Virus record (IMG/VR): IMGVR_UViG_3300046714_000236
Span: 1 to 64,000 of that record
Reading direction: 5' to 3' (one strand)
DNA: 64,000 nucleotides
Source of the DNA: a virus
Part shown: piece after piece, positions 62,355-64,000 of the stretch
Layout: each line of letters begins with the position of its first letter
Position numbering within the stretch: the stretch's first letter is position 1
Program-made: the position numbers and the translations under genes
The notes under the pieces: generated by a model
Told to the model about the DNA's origin: nothing
The model's database searches: none
The model's input: the letters and a program-made list of their open reading frames with translations, nothing else

Positions 62355-64000
62355 GCAGCGAGGAAATACCAGTCGCCCCCTCAGGAGGCAATTGGGGCCC
62401 GCGCGTGATCTTCGAGAGCCGCGCGCCCTCGCGAGCGATCCACATCGCCATCATGCGATCGCCCGTATGCTTGCCCCGCTGATAGAAAAGCAGCTCGTTG
62501 ATCCAGTCCTGCACCACCGGATCGACGAGTCCGTCGACGTTCGGGATGAGCCACGCGCCGTTTTCGATCTCGATGAAGATCGATTCGAGCCCGGTCTGAT
62601 GATCCCACTTTCGCTTTCCAGTCGTGACAAGCGAGCGCACCGGGGTGTCGATCTTCTGTTCGAGGAGCCAGTCCTTCATCCATCCCTGAGCGCTGTTCCC
62701 CTCGACGTACGCGATCGAGTTGTACCGGGCGATGGTGTTCGCGATCCGCGTCTTCAGCTCCACGCCCGACCACTTGCCCGCTTGGATGTCGAGGATCTGC
62801 CGGAACCCGTTCGGCAGGAACGCGACGGTGAAAAGCGCCGAGAGATCGCTCTTCTTCTTTTTCGAGAACGCGGGATCGATCCCCGTCACGACCGGGAGCC
62901 CGCCCGAGTACGCGGCTTCGAGCTGCGTGACGCCGTTCTCCTTCGCGTGCTTCTTACACTTCTCGATCCATTCGATCTTTACGTGGCTCGTCGCGTCGTC
63001 ACGCACCTTCAGCGAATAGCTCTGTTGATGCGCGAGCTCCGTCATCACGCGCCGCTGTTCCTCGATCTTCGAGCGCGGCCACACCTCGGGCCAGAGCGGG
63101 ATCTCGTCGTTCCGGTCGCGCCATTCCGTGACCGAGGGATCAAGCGCGATGCCGTTCGAGCGCGCGTACTCAGGAGTGTCGTGCGCGACGAGCCGGAACC
63201 GGTCGAGCTCCCCCGGGCGCGGCTCAGTGTCCGACGGACGGATCAGATCGCTGTCGAAAGCGTCGGCGTTCTCGAACCAAATGTTTCCGTAGGCGTCCAT
63301 GTTCAGGACCGCCCACCCAAGCCGCGCGAGTGCGTACGTGAGATCTCCCTTGTCGTCACTCTGCCCGCTTGGATCGCCCGGGTGCCAAGGCGCGTTAGTC
63401 ACCGTGATCCGCAAGTCGCGCGCACCGCGGCGCGTGAGCACGTTGTTCTGAACCCAATTGTTCAGCTTGCGCCGCTGCTCGACGGTCGCCGTGTTCTCGC
63501 TGTTCAAAATGTCGTCGATGAGGATCCACGTCGCGCGACCACCGAGCACGCGCCCCGTCTCGTAGCTGAGCGCCGCCATCGTCGGATCGCGCACGCTCAT
63601 CCCGCGTTCGACAGTGATCGATGTCTGCGACCATGGATCGCCTTGCTGCGATGATGGCCGGAGCTCGGGGAAGACGAGCCGCACCTCGGGGCTCTTCTCG
63701 ATGTAGGAACGAACGCCGTTGACGACTTTCTTGCTCTGATCTTCCGCGGCCGAGATCACCATGATCCGTTCGGTCGGGTCGCTGCCGATCACATGCAGAA
63801 GCAGCGACATCATCCCGAACGTCTTGCTCGAACCGGTGAACGCCCGGACGACGCAATACTGGTAAAAAAGCACGAACTCGTTTTGGAGTTGTTGGTGCGC
63901 GGCGATCCGAAGCGCGGCGTTTCCCGCTTCCTCCGAGCGCATCGCGAAATCAAAAAACCGAGACTCGTTCGCGCGCGCCGCCGCCGCTCGTCGTAGTGTC
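62344..64000 (-). CDS. terL: Terminase large subunit (5' end beyond window)
   Basis: Frame open to the edge; variant Walker A (TGSSKT), Walker B ILIDD, nuclease motifs GIDPA, D.SA and GDRMMA. Confidence 0.9.
   Translation of the reverse strand, partial: TLRRAAAARANESRFFDFAMRSEEAGNAALRIAAHQQLQNEFVLFYQYCVVRAFTGSSKTFGMMSLLLHVIGSDPTERIMVISAAEDQSKKVVNGVRSYIEKSPEVRLVFPELRPSSQQGDPWSQTSITVERGMSVRDPTMAALSYETGRVLGGRATWILIDDILNSENTATVEQRRKLNNWVQNNVLTRRGARDLRITVTNAPWHPGDPSGQSDDKGDLTYALARLGWAVLNMDAYGNIWFENADAFDSDLIRPSDTEPRPGELDRFRLVAHDTPEYARSNGIALDPSVTEWRDRNDEIPLWPEVWPRSKIEEQRRVMTELAHQQSYSLKVRDDATSHVKIEWIEKCKKHAKENGVTQLEAAYSGGLPVVTGIDPAFSKKKKSDLSALFTVAFLPNGFRQILDIQAGKWSGVELKTRIANTIARYNSIAYVEGNSAQGWMKDWLLEQKIDTPVRSLVTTGKRKWDHQTGLESIFIEIENGAWLIPNVDGLVDPVVQDWINELLFYQRGKHTGDRMMAMWIAREGARLSKITRGPQLPPEGATGISSLHAR

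Noticed and set aside
63820-63845. Inactive terminase because Walker A reads GSSKT
   Set aside because: Terminase Walker A motifs are often deviant, and the Lys-Thr, Walker B and nuclease acidic residues are intact.

Overview
High-GC segment of a tailed dsDNA phage with a contractile (myovirus-type) tail. The host is most likely Myxococcota (Polyangia-like), inferred from a phage copy of a myxobacterial Zn/sigma-region-4 protein and from Gly-rich lipoproteins. Reading the minus strand from right to left: large terminase (cut by the edge), J-domain protein, portal, a MuF head protein fused to kinase-like and ADP-ribosyltransferase domains, scaffold, major capsid, neck, sheath, tube, frameshifted tail chaperones, tape measure, a ~6-kb accessory block, baseplate, fibre and collagen genes, and a holin-like cluster. 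Further left lie a plus-strand 2OG-Fe(II) oxygenase and glycosyltransferase/methyltransferase pair, a plus-strand early-gene array, and a minus-strand DHH/helicase region cut by the left edge. The main non-coding signals are: (1) a 20-bp palindrome GACCGACATCGATGTCGGTC in 13 dispersed copies; (2) a ~450-nt multi-helix candidate ncRNA at ~5.1-5.6 kb; (3) two classes of -10-like hexamers 6-7 nt before many start codons, implying leaderless expression; (4) an RBS-sequestering leader on the capsid gene. No tRNA, CRISPR array, integrase or clear endolysin was recognised. All family calls were made by eye from motifs and gene order; no database search was run.
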